Positions 12,061-24,874 of a stretch of 58,209 nt of DNA are shown here, one piece after another. The notes under the pieces are model-generated. The model saw nothing but the letters and a program-made list of their open reading frames with translations. It was not told the DNA's origin and made no database searches. Each line of letters begins with the position of its first letter. The stretch's first letter is position 1. The position numbers and the translations under genes were made by a program. The stretch lies in NCBI GenBank assembly GCA_032718475.1, contig JAUCBJ010006267.1, positions 1 to 58,209 on the forward strand. The letters are read 5' to 3'. Source of the DNA: Nemertoderma westbladi. Its lineage: Eukaryota; Animalia; Xenacoelomorpha.

Positions 12061-12086
12061 TTAATGTATTTAATAAATCATAACTA

Positions 12087-12203
12087 CTCGGTTGAGCGAG
12101 CTCGGACAGTGGGAATGAGATCCTTCCACGGTTCTCTCAAGTTTAGTATCCCTTTCAAGCTAGTCTATATCTGTGACCCAGTTCACACACGCCACGCCTC
12201 TCC
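12087..12203 (-). mobile_element. Short 3' fragment of RTE family A
   Basis: ATCCCTTTCAAGCTAGTCTATAT and GAGATCCTTCCA are reverse complements of sequence in 3240-3335. Confidence 0.7.
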
Positions 12204-12635
12204 ACTTGCCTGTCAGTCACTGAACGTACAGTGTACACCTGTAACGCGAAGGTACCGTACGCCGTGATGCGTATCCAGTGTTGGGTTAGGGTACAGGCTG
12301 ACCGGACCGCTTCCTTCAACTTTACCCCTTCCGGCTGTACCATGCTTGTAATACACCAGAACACTGATCAGCTGATGCTGAGTTGAATCATCCAAGACGC
12401 CATTGGTTAACACACAACAACCAACCAGCAGACAGTATTTGGTATTAAATTACCTTTTAAGGTCGAAAATGGGGCGAAATTATCAGATTTTATTAATTAA
12501 AAAAAGTAAAATGTGGCTTCTAATAATACCTATCTTCCTGGAAAGCGAGATTTTATTTAAAGTTTTATAATTTCGATATTTTCGTTAATAATTTCGTTTT
12601 TTTCCCATTATTTTCGGGTTTTATAACTATCCCCC
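12202..12635 (+). mobile_element. Copy of the dispersed element also found at 52674-53180
   Basis: Near-continuous identity with ~52706-53132 (GTACAGTGTACACCTGTAACGC..GACCGGACCGCTTCCTTCAACTTTACCCCTTCCGGCTGT..TTTCGGGTTTTATAACTATCCCC). Confidence 0.9.
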
Positions 12636-12892
12636 CATACCAGAGTTTACATTATTTCACGGCGCATTTCACGCCAACATGAAAGTAAAATAATTATCAC
12701 CATAACTACTGTATATAAACAAAATACATTTAAATAACATTTATAATAATAACATATAAAACTCAAATTAATATTATTTTAATATATAAACCTTTTGAGA
12801 TCATCACAAGCACGTTCTAGTACAACAGCCTACTTAAATAACTTTCAGTATAGTCATTGACCTCACGCTCACCACTGAATTATCTTTCTCAG

Positions 12893-13080
12893 GTAAAGGT
12901 TGTTCTATATGACGCTGGCGGGTTCGAAATATCTCACTTTACATTCAACGGAGAGGGGAAAAATAAACACAATTTCTTTGAAAAAGCCAACCTCATTGAT
13001 AGTTCATTCTCTGACCTCGATAGTGGCACAGATACCAATTTCTTCTCCAAGGAAGGCCACGATGCAGTTAACCACGTAAA
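12893..13080 (+). CDS. Secreted uncharacterised protein, coding exon 3
   Basis: tttctcag|VKVVLYDAGGFEISHFTFNGEGKNKHNFFEKANLIDSSFSDL..TNFFSKEGHDAVNHV(K)|gtaagt; phase 0 to 2. Confidence 0.88.
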
Positions 13081-13410
13081 GTAAGTAAATACCGTAATTT
13101 AGGCCTATATCGTAATTCAAACTTATTATAACAAATATGACATGTAATAAAATAATGCGTGTGCAAGATAAACTGCTCAAAAATAAATAATACATTGTTG
13201 TTAATATTATCTAAATTAGTAACTTACAGTTAATGTGCGAGACCTATTAAATAAATCCGAGTGGATTTTAATGCTTAATTTTATTAGAAAATGAAATATA
13301 TTTTAATTAATAGAAAGGTTTATCCTTCTCGTGTAATGAATGAATATTCGCCGAAATTCCCTCGGTATCCCGCCATTGTTGGTCTGTTTGGCGTTGCTCG
13401 TACCTGTGAG

Positions 13411-13860
13411 TCTACTACTACTACTACTAGGATCGGCATGCTGCATTGCAGCTGAATTTTTAGGAATGCTGTGCCGGCTTTTCAACAAAATTGCACCGCC
13501 ACAACTCCATATCACCCATGACATTTGCTAGATCATCCGCATCTTCAAGGCCAGTGTCCTTTAAGATGCGTCTCAAGAAAGTCATGGGCTGTCCACCATG
13601 CTTATTCACTCCATGAGGCTGCCAAAGTACAAGATTATGCACTGGCTGGTCCTCACGGCGAAAGCAATGTCCTGCAAAGCGGAGGCGATTTTGTTCTAGT
13701 GTCAAGCTTAGGGGAACCAATGAGACACCTCCAACAGGCAACTGACAACTCACCTGTGAGTCAGGGTGCTTTTGTTCTGGCGTTGCCCAACCCCAAATAC
13801 ATTCGGGTGGCGATCGATTCCTTCCTTTACTCATCCACTCTCTTCCAATCAATACCTTGA
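13411..13860 (-). mobile_element. RTE-type LINE family B, 3' end with (TAG)n tail
   Basis: RLRFAGHCFRREDQPVHNLVLWQPHG..GGQPMTFLRRILKDTGL..DMELWR is an RTE C-terminal signature; (CTA)n at 13411-13428. Confidence 0.88.
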
Positions 13861-14388
13861 GGTTTTCTACGCTTGTTGAAGGAAATACAAAAAATAATAA
13901 CCATAATCCACTAAAGATACAACACGTTCGTGGGGCCTTCGCGCAGCACGAGGCTCAGTTATCAGATACAGATTAAAATTGAACAATTATGTCCCTAAAA
14001 TAGGTATTTAAGAAATTTAACCGAACCGCCAATATCAGAATAAGAATAAATCAAAGAAGAGAGGAAAGTTCCCCCCTTCAACCCCCTCTTAATCTGCACC
14101 ACCCCAAACCAAAGGCGCACAGAGCAACGGGAAATAATATTTTAAATTTTAGGCATAGAGGCGACGCAATTTGTAAAAAATATTAAAACTTACATTATGC
14201 CTATAGTATAGATACTGCAATTTTAATTTATCATGTCCAACACATCAACGAAATAATTTAGCTAATTATAGTTGGCAGTAATGAATCCCGACCGGTGGGT
14301 GTGTGTTATACGCGTCGCCGCGTCCGTAGGCTGCTAAAGCTGTAGTCTGGATGTACATAATAGGCCGAAGGCCATTAAAGCTGCATTA

Positions 14389-14898
14389 TACTGTACCTCT
14401 AAATTTTGTAGGCACACGTTTTTATAATTATTTCTTTATCTTTTAAGGATTTTACGATAAAATTTTCTAGAACATTTTTTTAATGATTCATTTCAATAGT
14501 CAAGTGTTAGAATTTTTATAAACGTGCACAAATAGCTAATTTCATATATTACAGTATTAAATGGACTTCTAGAATGTTTATTTATACAGGACAGGAAAAC
14601 TGTATAATTATAAATAAAATACCAGACCAGTTGAGGTCTACTTTCTGATTTTTGCTAGCAGTGATTTATTTTAGGAATCATCATATTATCTAGATCACAA
14701 ACATTTGAGTGTTTCTGAACCGATGTTATTAATTATTTTTCCTTATATGCGAAGCTACGCCATCTGGAATTATAGTGTCTTAATTTAATGATTTACCCAC
14801 CAATTTTTCTACAAATCGCAATGTGGTTGTATAGTTCTTCAAAAAGTATAGAAATATATTAAAAACGTGTGCCTGTACTAAATTTAGTAGGTACAGTA
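14389..14898. mobile_element. MITE with imperfect terminal inverted repeats, TA-flanked
   Basis: Left end TACTGTACCTCTAAATTTTGTAGGCACACGTTTTTA; right end TAAAAACGTGTGCCTGTACTAAATTTAGTAGGTACAGTA. Confidence 0.75.
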
Positions 14899-15129
14899 AT
14901 CTTCTTTGTTCGCAATCCATCGCAGTCCAATTGGACAATCGATCAGTTTTCTACTTTATTACGTGCGTCATCTCCAAAAATCCAACTGATCTCATTCTAT
15001 TCCACTGGGGTGACTATGACGGATGAACATCGGTAACTAACAATGAGCTAATGTCGATTTGGATAGACTGTATGCTCTAGACACCCCCCCCACCCCCCCC
15101 CCCAATCACATTGTTATTTTGTTTTGCAG

Positions 15130-15281
15130 ACGGAACTTCTTTATCAGTAAGTCATATGGCGGATGTGGCAATGACCGCGGTTGGCTAGCTATTACTGGTT
15201 GCCGTGATACCCCATGCAATTGGGACAAAGGAGAAGGTTGTCCATCATTTCTAACTGGCACAAACAAAAAGGCAAAATTCG
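15130..15281 (+). CDS. Secreted uncharacterised protein, coding exon 4
   Basis: gttttgcag|A RNFFISKSYGGCGNDRGWLAITGCRDTPCNWDKGEGCPSFLTGTNKKAKF G|gtaggt; phase 2 to 1. Confidence 0.88.
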
Positions 15282-15414
15282 GTAGGTATTGTCTTTCTTT
15301 ATTAACAACTGTAACATAAGCGTATTGTATGTTTGTATTGTGGCTATTTTTCAAGATTTTATTTCTACAATACAGCACGCACATTAAATTTTTCAAACGA
15401 TTATGGTATTTTAA

Positions 15415-15571
15415 GTCCCCCTCGCGTTGCGGTTATATCCTTTGCCTTGAATACACATCGCTCCAGAATTCGTGGGGTTCGATTCCAGTTTTAGGACCAG
15501 ATTGTTTTCGTTACGACACGAAAGGTTTAAAGGAACTAGCCAGAACGCATCTCTCTTTGATCCTTAAATGG
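15415..15571 (+). mobile_element. tRNA-derived SINE-like element, copy 2
   Basis: B-box GGTTCGATTCC; body similar to 587-768. Confidence 0.65.
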
Positions 15572-16901
15572 CCCTTGTACCAATTTTCCTGGGTGGTATA
15601 ATTCTGGGGGGTCTGCCAGCGCAATTTTACATTTTTTCTTGTTGGTTAAAATATCTTGTTATTAAATTGAGAAGATGATAAACAGGGAATATACCTTGAA
15701 CTTGTTAATACAGATTTTTCTATGTATAATTTAACGAAGTGATGTTAGTTTGTAATAAGAGTTTTCTACCTTACGAATATTGGAACAGAATTAAAGAGCC
15801 ATTCTTTCATTCTTATTGAGATGGTTATTCAGCTTAACGGCGATTATTTCCTTTTCCAGTTGCTTGTACGATTAGAGGGATAGTTCTGAAAGAGGACAAT
15901 TACCGACATTACAGTATTGCATTGAGGATGGCCTATACATTTCAAACTATTACTATTATAATATTTTTAAAGCCATATTAGATTCCGGTACTGATAACGG
16001 CGATAGACTAACGGCTAACACTGCACCGTCCGGCCTTGTTTACCAGTATTCAGCTTGTACTGTAATCCATCCATCAGTCCTGCAGTAATGCGCAGCCCCA
16101 CGGTGGGACGGTAGTTAGTCAGCCAGTTAGTAGGCCTACTGCTACTGCAGTAGCCTAGCCTAGCACTGTACTAAAACTACCCTTACTGCTGTACTCCTGT
16201 ACTGTATGAGTGAATTAGTGAATGTATATTTCGCGAAGGTTTATTTGAAATTAAACGGCAGTTATTTGAATTAGACCCCATATCTTTTTTGTTTATGAAT
16301 GATATCGGACGCTGAAAGTGCGAAATGTGCCCCCTATCAGTAAATGGATAGCTTTCACCCCTGCTTTAACCTTTTCGATAACTTTCGCATAACTTTCGGT
16401 AGCTTTCGTTAGCTTTCGGTAATTATTCTCATTTTTCAGAACTATGACGATTTTAGAGTGGCTGTAACAGTAGCATATATAACGTTTATTATTTTTTATG
16501 TAGCATAGGATACGACATTAATATTTATGAATGTATTACAACATATATTTTATAGAATCCCGTATAAGAGCAATTTCTATGGATAGAGTATGATTATAAC
16601 GAACCTGTCTTTCTTTAGACTGGGTAGTTTTTGTCTAAAGCTGAGGCCGGCAAAAACGCGATTGATGTATGTTTGTATGTATGTATAACCACCAAATGGC
16701 TTCAAACTAAAGTACTTGCATGTATTGGAAAATTGTAAAGACAACTATTTATAAATTATTATCTAGTTGTTGAATAAAAAAAGTTGGCAACGATTCATTG
16801 TGCGATATTCGAAATATTTTCATATTATTGTCAACATTATCGAACGCGAAATTAAATACCCAAACTACACTTGGACAAGAAACAGTACAACATTTCACTT
16901 C

Positions 16902-17428
16902 TTATTGTGGGGCGAGCCACGAAGTTGGCGGAGCCTTAGCGAATTGACACTGTTAGGGGGTGGGTCAATTTATGCAAATAGTTGTCGTCGTCGTCGTCGT
17001 CGTCGTTGTCGTCGTCGTCGTTGTCGTCGTCGTCGTTGTCGTCGTCGTTACGATTTTGACATGCTAATAACTTTGTCGGATTTAAAGCTGCCAAGTTGAA
17101 AATTTGTAGGTATCAATATGAGCAAAAGTTGAGATTTTTGAGAGACTTTCAGACACCATCAGTGCAATGGTCTCCCGCTAGAGGGCCACATGTCTAAACA
17201 TTAAATGCCCTCCCATTTCTTTGCTTTTAATCCGTTTAAGCTGAAACTTGGCAGATATGTATTAGACCATTAGCTGTGACTTTCAAGGGAGGCGAATCCA
17301 TCTGCAGTTCTCCAGTCTGCCGCTAGAGGGCCAACGTGACTATTTGCATAAATTGACCTACCCCCTAACAGTGTCAATTCGCTAAGGCTCTGCCAACTTC
17401 GTGCTGCGCGAAGTCCCCACTTCGTGTA
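16902..17428 (+). mobile_element. Helentron/HINE (DINE-1-like) non-autonomous element
   Basis: ~60-bp subterminal inverted repeat (16918-16981 vs 17340-17403), internal (GTC)n microsatellite at 16981-17048, 3' hairpin CGAAGT-CCCC-ACTTCG at 17409-17424, and a T-rich 5' junction. Confidence 0.7.
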
Positions 17429-18176
17429 AATGTGTTATGTACCTTAATTATATCTGTGAGTTAGTGTAATGTCAAGCAATACATCATTAATATATTGTAT
17501 CTATAGGGCCTATTATCATCATTATAATACTGTCATCAATAACTCAGGCTAAGCTCAATTGTAATGTAAAGGCTTCGTAGGTTTTGTATATCTGGGACGT
17601 TCACAACAGCTGTCGATTAAATTAACAAAACCATAAAACTGAACCAGGGTGCCAGCCGAGTACCAACGGCTGTTGGGTAGAGTGAATGGAACATCTCACC
17701 AATTTTCATACAGTAGAAAGCTTGTAGGTACATTTTATTGGTTGCTGAATATTGCAAACTGAGAATGTATTAGGTAGAAATAATTAGTATTCTTTATTTT
17801 ATTTATCTAATACAGTAAGACTCCTTCTCAGATTAAACTGCTCTTTGGGGCCGTTTCCTAGGTTGCAGATAGGGGTAACATTTCACCAAGGAAGGTGTAC
17901 TAAATAACACTTATTTAGTACATCTTGCATTTCACACATTGTACGTCGCACTAATTGAGATTGTTATTATTTGCCTAGGCGACTGTGTTTGACATTAGAT
18001 GGGAGGCAGTTTGAATGGTTGATGCAAGTCATTCTTGTTTTACATCTTCCAATCACATCTGTTTCTTGGAGTCTGTGCAAGACAGATTCGTTTAAAGCTA
18101 TCTTGATGGCGTTCGTTCTAGTCTGAAAATAAACAACATTTAAAATTTTACAAAAATAATTTTGTCTAGTTTCCAT

Positions 18177-19034
18177 GGATAGGTGTAATTTGTGACAACA
18201 CGTACAAACGGTGACAACAGTCAGCCACAGTCGAAAACACTGTTGACCGTTATCAGAAAATAATAACCAGTAGATAGCAGTCCTAAAAGTAATTCTACCA
18301 AGTTTCAGCTCCGCATATCCCCGGCAAGTCATAGGGAAACAGTCAAACATCTGGGGTGGGGACAACACACAAAATGTCGGGACGCACACTCTAAATCATG
18401 AATTCAGTAGGCAAATTTTGAAATATTTATACCCATACCAGCGAACCAGCGTGCGATTCCACTACCAGTTGTCTATGCAATCGACTAAATCGTCCTTCAC
18501 AAACACACACAAAGTCTTCCTTCAGATACCGGTAACCTACATATTCCTACAAACAGTATGGTTATGGTTCGCAAGCTTGGTGTACGTGTACGGCTGCTGT
18601 ACGGGTGTCAGGTATCACTATTTCAACATTGGCCTATATTTAATTCCATTTTCATAATGAATTGTTTATTAGCCTTCAAACATTTGGTGACAGATTGACC
18701 AACAGACGGCAGGACGGATAACGATTGAAAGAAATACATAAACTACATACACAACACTGAACGCCTGCCTAACTGGTAGTAAGCAGTATTGCAGAATACT
18801 GAATTCATGATTTTGTGTTGCCGTGACGTTTTGTGTGTTGTCCCCAAAGGTTTGACTGTTTTCCTACGAATTGCTGGCGAATAAGAGGAGCTGAAACTTG
18901 GCATAAGTACTTTTAGGACTGCGATCTACTGTTATTCACATTGTTTGTGGCCATTTTTGATAATGGTCACCATTTTTTCGACTGTGACTGACTGTTGTCA
19001 CCGTTTATACGTGTTGTCACAAATTCCCCTATCC
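18177..19034. mobile_element. MITE with ~230-bp imperfect TIRs
   Basis: 18177-18409 (GGATAGG..TGTGACAACACGTA..AATCATGAATTCAGTA) is the reverse complement of 18797-19034. Confidence 0.85.
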
Positions 19035-19396
19035 AGTTCCCATAGCAATATGCGATAATTATAATAAATAAACTTTAAAATATTTCAAAGTATATTAATT
19101 ATTTATTTATTTATACTTTATTATCAACGTATATTTCATAGCAACAAGACGTACAATGTAATTTCATATTGTCTACGAATACTTCATTTACCTTCAAAAT
19201 CCCTCAAGCTATCTTATAAATCGCTCCCGCTACGTTAGCTCGATAAATAATTGATATCGGGACTCGAGTGTTAATTAAAATATGATTTATTATCCGTTAA
19301 TTATATTGCATGAGTGTGAAGTCCCCACAAAGTAATATAATCCCATATGAATTATTACAGTATATGATAATAACATTGTTTATTTTTTATTTATAG

Positions 19397-19443
19397 GTGC
19401 TAGTAGCACATCCGCTTGTCTGTTTGCTATCTATTTGTCATAA
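19397..19443 (+). CDS. Secreted uncharacterised protein, terminal coding exon 5
   Basis: tttatag|GT ASSTSACLFAIYLS*; phase 1 matches exon 4; AATAAA at 19745-19750. Total CDS 630 nt = 209 aa plus stop. Confidence 0.7.
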
Positions 19444-22107
19444 AGGAAACTGTTCTACGATGACTTGACTATTATTGGTGACTGGGACCTCATTTTACAG
19501 CACTTGTAGTGCAACCGTCGATGGTGTTTGTAACAACTTACCAGTTTGCTACAGTAGAGTTTCAGATTCAACGATTTTACATTTTAATCGTATGGTGATG
19601 GCTATAGCTACATTATTATTTTGATAAAGGTATAGTGTACTGTAGTGTACTTACTTGGTATGAGATTATGACAAAAAGTAAAGATTCAACACACTAGTAT
19701 ATGGTTGTAGAGGTGATTGATGACAATATTTTAGGACACCAACCAATAAACGTTCCACACATAAGTTACTCAATTATTGCTTTCTTTGCAGTCATTGAAC
19801 AAATAATACATCATTACTACTATGACAATCAGCAACTTTACAATTTTAATTAAATTTATATTCCTTTTAGAATTACGAATTAATCTACGCGGAAAACCTA
19901 TAAGGGCATAAATCAGGTTGATTTTATAATGAATTTTCATTATCAAATTTATGTTATTTGTATTTTTCGTGCCACACATTGACATATATATTTCAGTGTC
20001 ATATACGTGATCAACATGCCAAAACCCCATAATTTCATAAAATAAGTTTCATTTGGTGGTGATTTTTCATTATCATATTTGCACTACTTGTTATTAGTTT
20101 TTTGTGCCCCGGGGGCACATTTAAAATTACCAGATATTTTCTCCAATGTTATATTTGGGTTCCATAATCGTGATTATCAGTATCAAAAAACATTGTGTCA
20201 CACAAAAGCATGTGTATTGCTGTATTCCTGTATTACAGAATACTGAATTCATTATTTTGAGGGTTGTCCGGACATTTTGAGTTTTTTCTGCGACTTTCTG
20301 CTGAAGCTTGGCAGAATTACAGTACAGGCCACCAGAAAACGCAGATTTGTACAATTGTGAACACAATTTATCAAATGTGTACCAGTGTAATGTAATGTTG
20401 TTGAACGGGACAATTGAACATAATTGAATTGGCAACAACCAAAATTTTTTCGCCAAAGGATACAATTGAATACTTTTGAAACGCTTAGTAATCTGGAAAC
20501 TCTCTGTAGTTTGCCGCGAACTGTCACTCACTGCAGCTGGAAATGCGATAAGGATTTTGTTTACCTTTATAGTGTGCGGTTAATAGTGTCTAGTAGGCAG
20601 GCCTATAGTTAGAGATGTTAAGCCATCTTCTGGTGTTTCTCTGTGCCCTCTCGGTGTCAGACTAATGGCGCGACATCTCCCTGCACTAAATTAATTATTC
20701 AATGGTCTAGGCTCGTCCATCCATATACCCATCCACTCTCATACACTCCATGAACCTCCATGTGGTCTTGTATGTAGTTCTCTCTCTACCAATACAGCCC
20801 ATGTCCGCAATGTTACGTCCTGTGGGCTCTCTCATCTACCTGATATCAGACATACAGGCGCACCGCACACTAAGCCTTTGTCGGTCCCAGCAAGTTAGCT
20901 AGATAACTCGCCATAACCTGCCAATCAGATGACTTGAACAAATGTGTTCACATGTGATCACATTGGATGAAATCTGCTTTTTCTGGTGGCCTGTACTGTA
21001 GTTATAATAATTAGTTAGAATTAGTTATTCACATTGTCGTCTTCTCGTTTTGTCGTTTTTAAGTGTAGTCACAAAATCCACCTATCCTGGGAACTTGTAT
21101 TTATTACCTGTATCAAAAAATTCTACTAAATCCTAAATTATAAAACCAAATCCAAATTCGTGAAAAACCGCGGTTCCGCATACAGTAAATGTCGCCTTAT
21201 AAAATTAATTTAGATTAACTAAACAAATTTATCATTATTATCACCAAATATAATTGCAAGCAGAAATACGGTAACACAAAGTATAGTAAATAATTTAATA
21301 AAATACCCATGAAAACAACGTAGGTGTATGCATTACCGGTGCTACATGTACAGCAGTAAATAAAATAGAAATAAACCGGTACACCGACAGAAATACTCTT
21401 ACTCTTAATTAATTCAATAAATTTGATCCCTTAAAGGTATTTAAAGAAATGTAATCTGCAGCAGTCTGAGGTATCAAACAAAATACAAAGTGTTCACAAG
21501 TTCTTGGCCAACTTTTTTCTAGACTTTTTGCTGTTATATTACACTTTGCAGTTTACTCTCATCATGTGAAGAATACCAGGTTTTCACTAAAAACCCACGC
21601 AATTAATACTTAATAATGACGTAAGAAATTCCAAAAATTATACGGGTATATAAAATTCCAATAAAATTTGCACCTAAATGTGAAAACCTGTTATTATTAG
21701 CTGTTTCAAAATCGATTCTTCTGATATTGAACACATCATCTCAATAAAATCAATCAATAATATTTTGTTGCTGAGATTTTTAATATTCCTTTATACTTAT
21801 GGAGAATATGTATAATATGCGCTCTTTGACCACTCTATGTTCGCATATTTGGGTTCTTGCATCAAATAGTGAACATTTTGTGTTGGCTTAGGTCCCTGCT
21901 GCACTGATAATCATAAAAATCACAACTCATGGATCAAAATTGATTATGTACTATATACTTGATAAAATAAATAGTTTTACAAACAGAAAACTGTGTTCTC
22001 AAGTTATGAAAATATAAATTATTTCGATATAAGCTATAAATGAAACTCCGGTAAATATTATTCAGGTGCTGAGATAAATCTCAACAATCTAGTTCTCCTT
22101 AACGAAG

Positions 22108-22827
22108 TCACAACACTCGGGTATTGTTTCTAAGTTTGCAAAATATAATGAGTGAAAAAATGAGATTAACGAGTTGAATGACGGCGATGGATAGAACCCC
22201 GATGGCGACATAGAGAAGGTGCTTCTCAAGCCATTGGTCCAGCTCGTCCTTACACCCCGTGTTCCAAATAGCCTTGTCGTCGGCGGTGTCGCACGCGGGG
22301 TCCGTGCGAGCGTTGCAACACGAATCCGGGGGTTTCCCGCTGGTAGACAACGACCAGTCGGTCTGACTGTCGAACCCACAACAGCTGTGCTGCTCCTGGA
22401 ACACGTCCCAGCCAACGGTGATTCCGTCTTGATTTTGTTTTCCATACTCTTTTATACTTTCTTTCAGTTTGATATTAACGGATTCGTGGATTTCATTTTT
22501 GAACATGTAACCCAGGATACCAATAGAAACTTCTAGAACGAAGACAATCAGTAGCAAAATGAAGAAGGACATGAGCATGCAGAGGCTCTCTCTGAGGGAA
22601 CCTACGCACCCAAGGAAACCAATGATCATGATGACCGCTCCCATAGCTATCATGAGATTAGCTGCCGTTAACATGCTGCTCAAAGGACTTAAAGTAGCGA
22701 AGTCCCCTTCGGTGACTCGTATCCAGACACCCAGTCCCAGCACACCGGCACCAGAGAGCCAAGCAATAAGGTTGATGATAAACAGAGCCCATTTAATAAC
22801 AACGGCCCATCCCGTTAAACCAGACAT
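22108..22827 (-). CDS. Tetraspanin, TSPAN4/TSPAN9/CD53-like, uninterrupted CDS (239 aa)
   Basis: Four hydrophobic segments, GFLGCVGSLRES..ML..FF, and EC2 with CCG, PDSCC and GC. EGDFATLSP...AANL resembles TSPAN4/9. The first ATG in good context (ACCATG) is at 22827; the ORF-track start at 22890 is TTG. Confidence 0.93.
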   Translation of the reverse strand: MSGLTGWAVVIKWALFIINLIAWLSGAGVLGLGVWIRVTEGDFATLSPLSSMLTAANLMIAMGAVIMIIGFLGCVGSLRESLCMLMSFFILLLIVFVLEVSIGILGYMFKNEIHESVNIKLKESIKEYGKQNQDGITVGWDVFQEQHSCCGFDSQTDWSLSTSGKPPDSCCNARTDPACDTADDKAIWNTGCKDELDQWLEKHLLYVAIGVLSIAVIQLVNLIFSLIIFCKLRNNTRVL

Positions 22828-23039
22828 GGTATTTTCTTCTGTGTTTATATTGTATTGTAAGATAATATCTATCAATATTGAACAGTTCAATGAATTTCAA
22901 TAAACAAAAAATTCGTTTTAAGTTAAACTTCAATATAATCTATAATCGTAATAAACAGATTCTTACAGAAGACAAATTAGATATTTAGGCCTAATGATAA
23001 TACGCTTAATATGATAAAACAAAACCTTACGCAGCCGAA

Positions 23040-23365
23040 TACACATGTGCAGTTGTAAATATAATGGTAAAATAGAAAACAACAACAAAATTGTGTAGCC
23101 GTTAATGTTAATACAAAGGTGTAATCGTAAAAATAGTGGTGCATTGTTTGGATTGTTAATAAAACACTGAAGTTGTAAACATGGGGGGGGGGGTCTGTCA
23201 TGAAAATAATGGTGCAGTTGTAAACACAATGGATTATTCCGAAACACAATGCTGCAGTGTTAGCACATGGTGATGGGGAAGTGTTAGCACAACATTGCGA
23301 TTCCGATCATAAACACAACAGTGCGGTTGTAAGTCAGTCGCCAGTACAAGTACAGTTGTAAAAAA
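23040..23365. repeat. Degenerate ~20-bp minisatellite upstream of the tetraspanin
   Basis: Recurrent (AATG)GTGCAGTTGTAAA(CAC) variants. Confidence 0.55.
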
Positions 23366-24378
23366 TGGTAATGGTTAAAATGGTTAAATAAAATAAAGTA
23401 AAAAAATAAAATAAATTACAAAAAAAAGTAAAAATGGTTATCTGTAGTGAAATATATGGTAAAAATATTTATATAACGTTCAAATAATTATGAAAATTAA
23501 TTATAATTTATTGGGAAATTGACGCAATTTGGCTTGTGTTTATTGGTTTGCTGTAATATGGGTAGTAGGGGTGTGTACGTACAGCCAGAACACTCAACGG
23601 TTTAATTTTGGAAGTATGCCACACCTTTAGTGTGATGATATTACCCTCATAAGCAAAACAATCATTATCCAATGAATAATAACCTCATCAATCATTATAG
23701 TAATATTTTCCACTGAATTTGATTATACAGAATGTCGGAGTTATTTTTATTGGACTATTGCACTGCAGTAGGTTTAAGCCGACTACAGCCAGACACGGAG
23801 ACAAATTTATGCAATAATTGGTGAATGGCTTTTGAGTTAGACGAACTTGAGGGGAGGGGGGGGGGGGGGGGGGGGGGTGGTTAGGGAGGGTTGCAATAAA
23901 ATTGCAATAAAATTATATTAGTTAAATAATAACTATATACGTCTTTGTTCATAAAATTGCACTTTATTTATAGCGATACGGCACGAGTGATTTTGAATAA
24001 AAAAATAAAATTCTGTAAACTGTAAACTTCGTAATACAAAGTTTATGACCTTTTTTGGTCTTAATATTCGTTTTAAGAAAAATATAAAAAAATATTGCCT
24101 TGGGCCTTCAGTGCCACCATAATTATCAGGCAGACTTTGCGCTTTGTGCGTAATCCCTGCCCTAACTGACAAAGAAAACATTATTTTCATTTTTGGCTTG
24201 TTAGGAATTATACTGTAGATACGATTTGGTATAGACTAATTTAATTATTCGATTTTTCCCTTTCCCATAACGCCTGTGTTTTTAGGTCCGGGTAGCGAGA
24301 CCTCTAGTATTCACTCCGTTGTTGGTGTTGTTGTTGTTGTTAATTTCTCGTTAGGTTTTGGTATTATGGATTGATACT

Positions 24379-24451
24379 GCCCCAGTGGCTCAGTTGGCAG
24401 AGCGTGGGACTTGGAATCTCTAGGTACCGAGTTCAATCCCGCAATCCGGTG
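24379..24451 (+). pseudogene. tRNA-like sequence (tRNA-Lys-like body; pseudogene or SINE head)
   Basis: GCCCCAGTGGCTCAGTTGGCAGAGCGTGGGACTTGGAATCTCTAGGTACCGAGTTCAATCCC has A and B boxes, but the acceptor and T stems pair poorly. Confidence 0.6.
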
Positions 24452-24874
24452 AATGTTTTTTGTTGTAAGATTGGTAGTAAGCCATTCAAGGAGACAGTTC
24501 ATTCATTAGTAGACGCGGACCTTTGCGAGATTTCGCAATTATTAATATAAGCGAACACAATTTAAAAATTAGAATCTTAACTGATTTGTTATAAATCTAT
24601 TAAAAATACATGTCAACAAGCTGTTTTTGATATTATTATACTGCACATTTTAATTTCGGCACTTAAAGGTCACCAAATTCTGATTTGATAGGTTGATCGA
24701 TTGTGATTGTTTCCGTTATGCTGGACAACTAACTACATCCTAAACCAGTCAAAGTAACGGGGTAACTTACCTTGATAATTAACAATTCTCATTATTATGG
24801 CTTATAGTATTATATAAGTTTGCACTAAATTATAAATTACATCTAAATTACTAAATCACACTAAATTACATCTG

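Noticed and set aside
16767-17099. Arg-rich protamine-like ORF
   Set aside because: The poly-Arg is the (GTC)n microsatellite inside the Helentron-like element.
22828-22890. N-terminal extension of the tetraspanin in the ORF track
   Set aside because: It starts at TTG in AT-rich sequence; the ATG at 22827 gives a normal tetraspanin N-terminus.
24379-24451. Functional tRNA-Pro(TGG)
   Set aside because: The body is Lys-like, and the acceptor and T stems do not pair properly.
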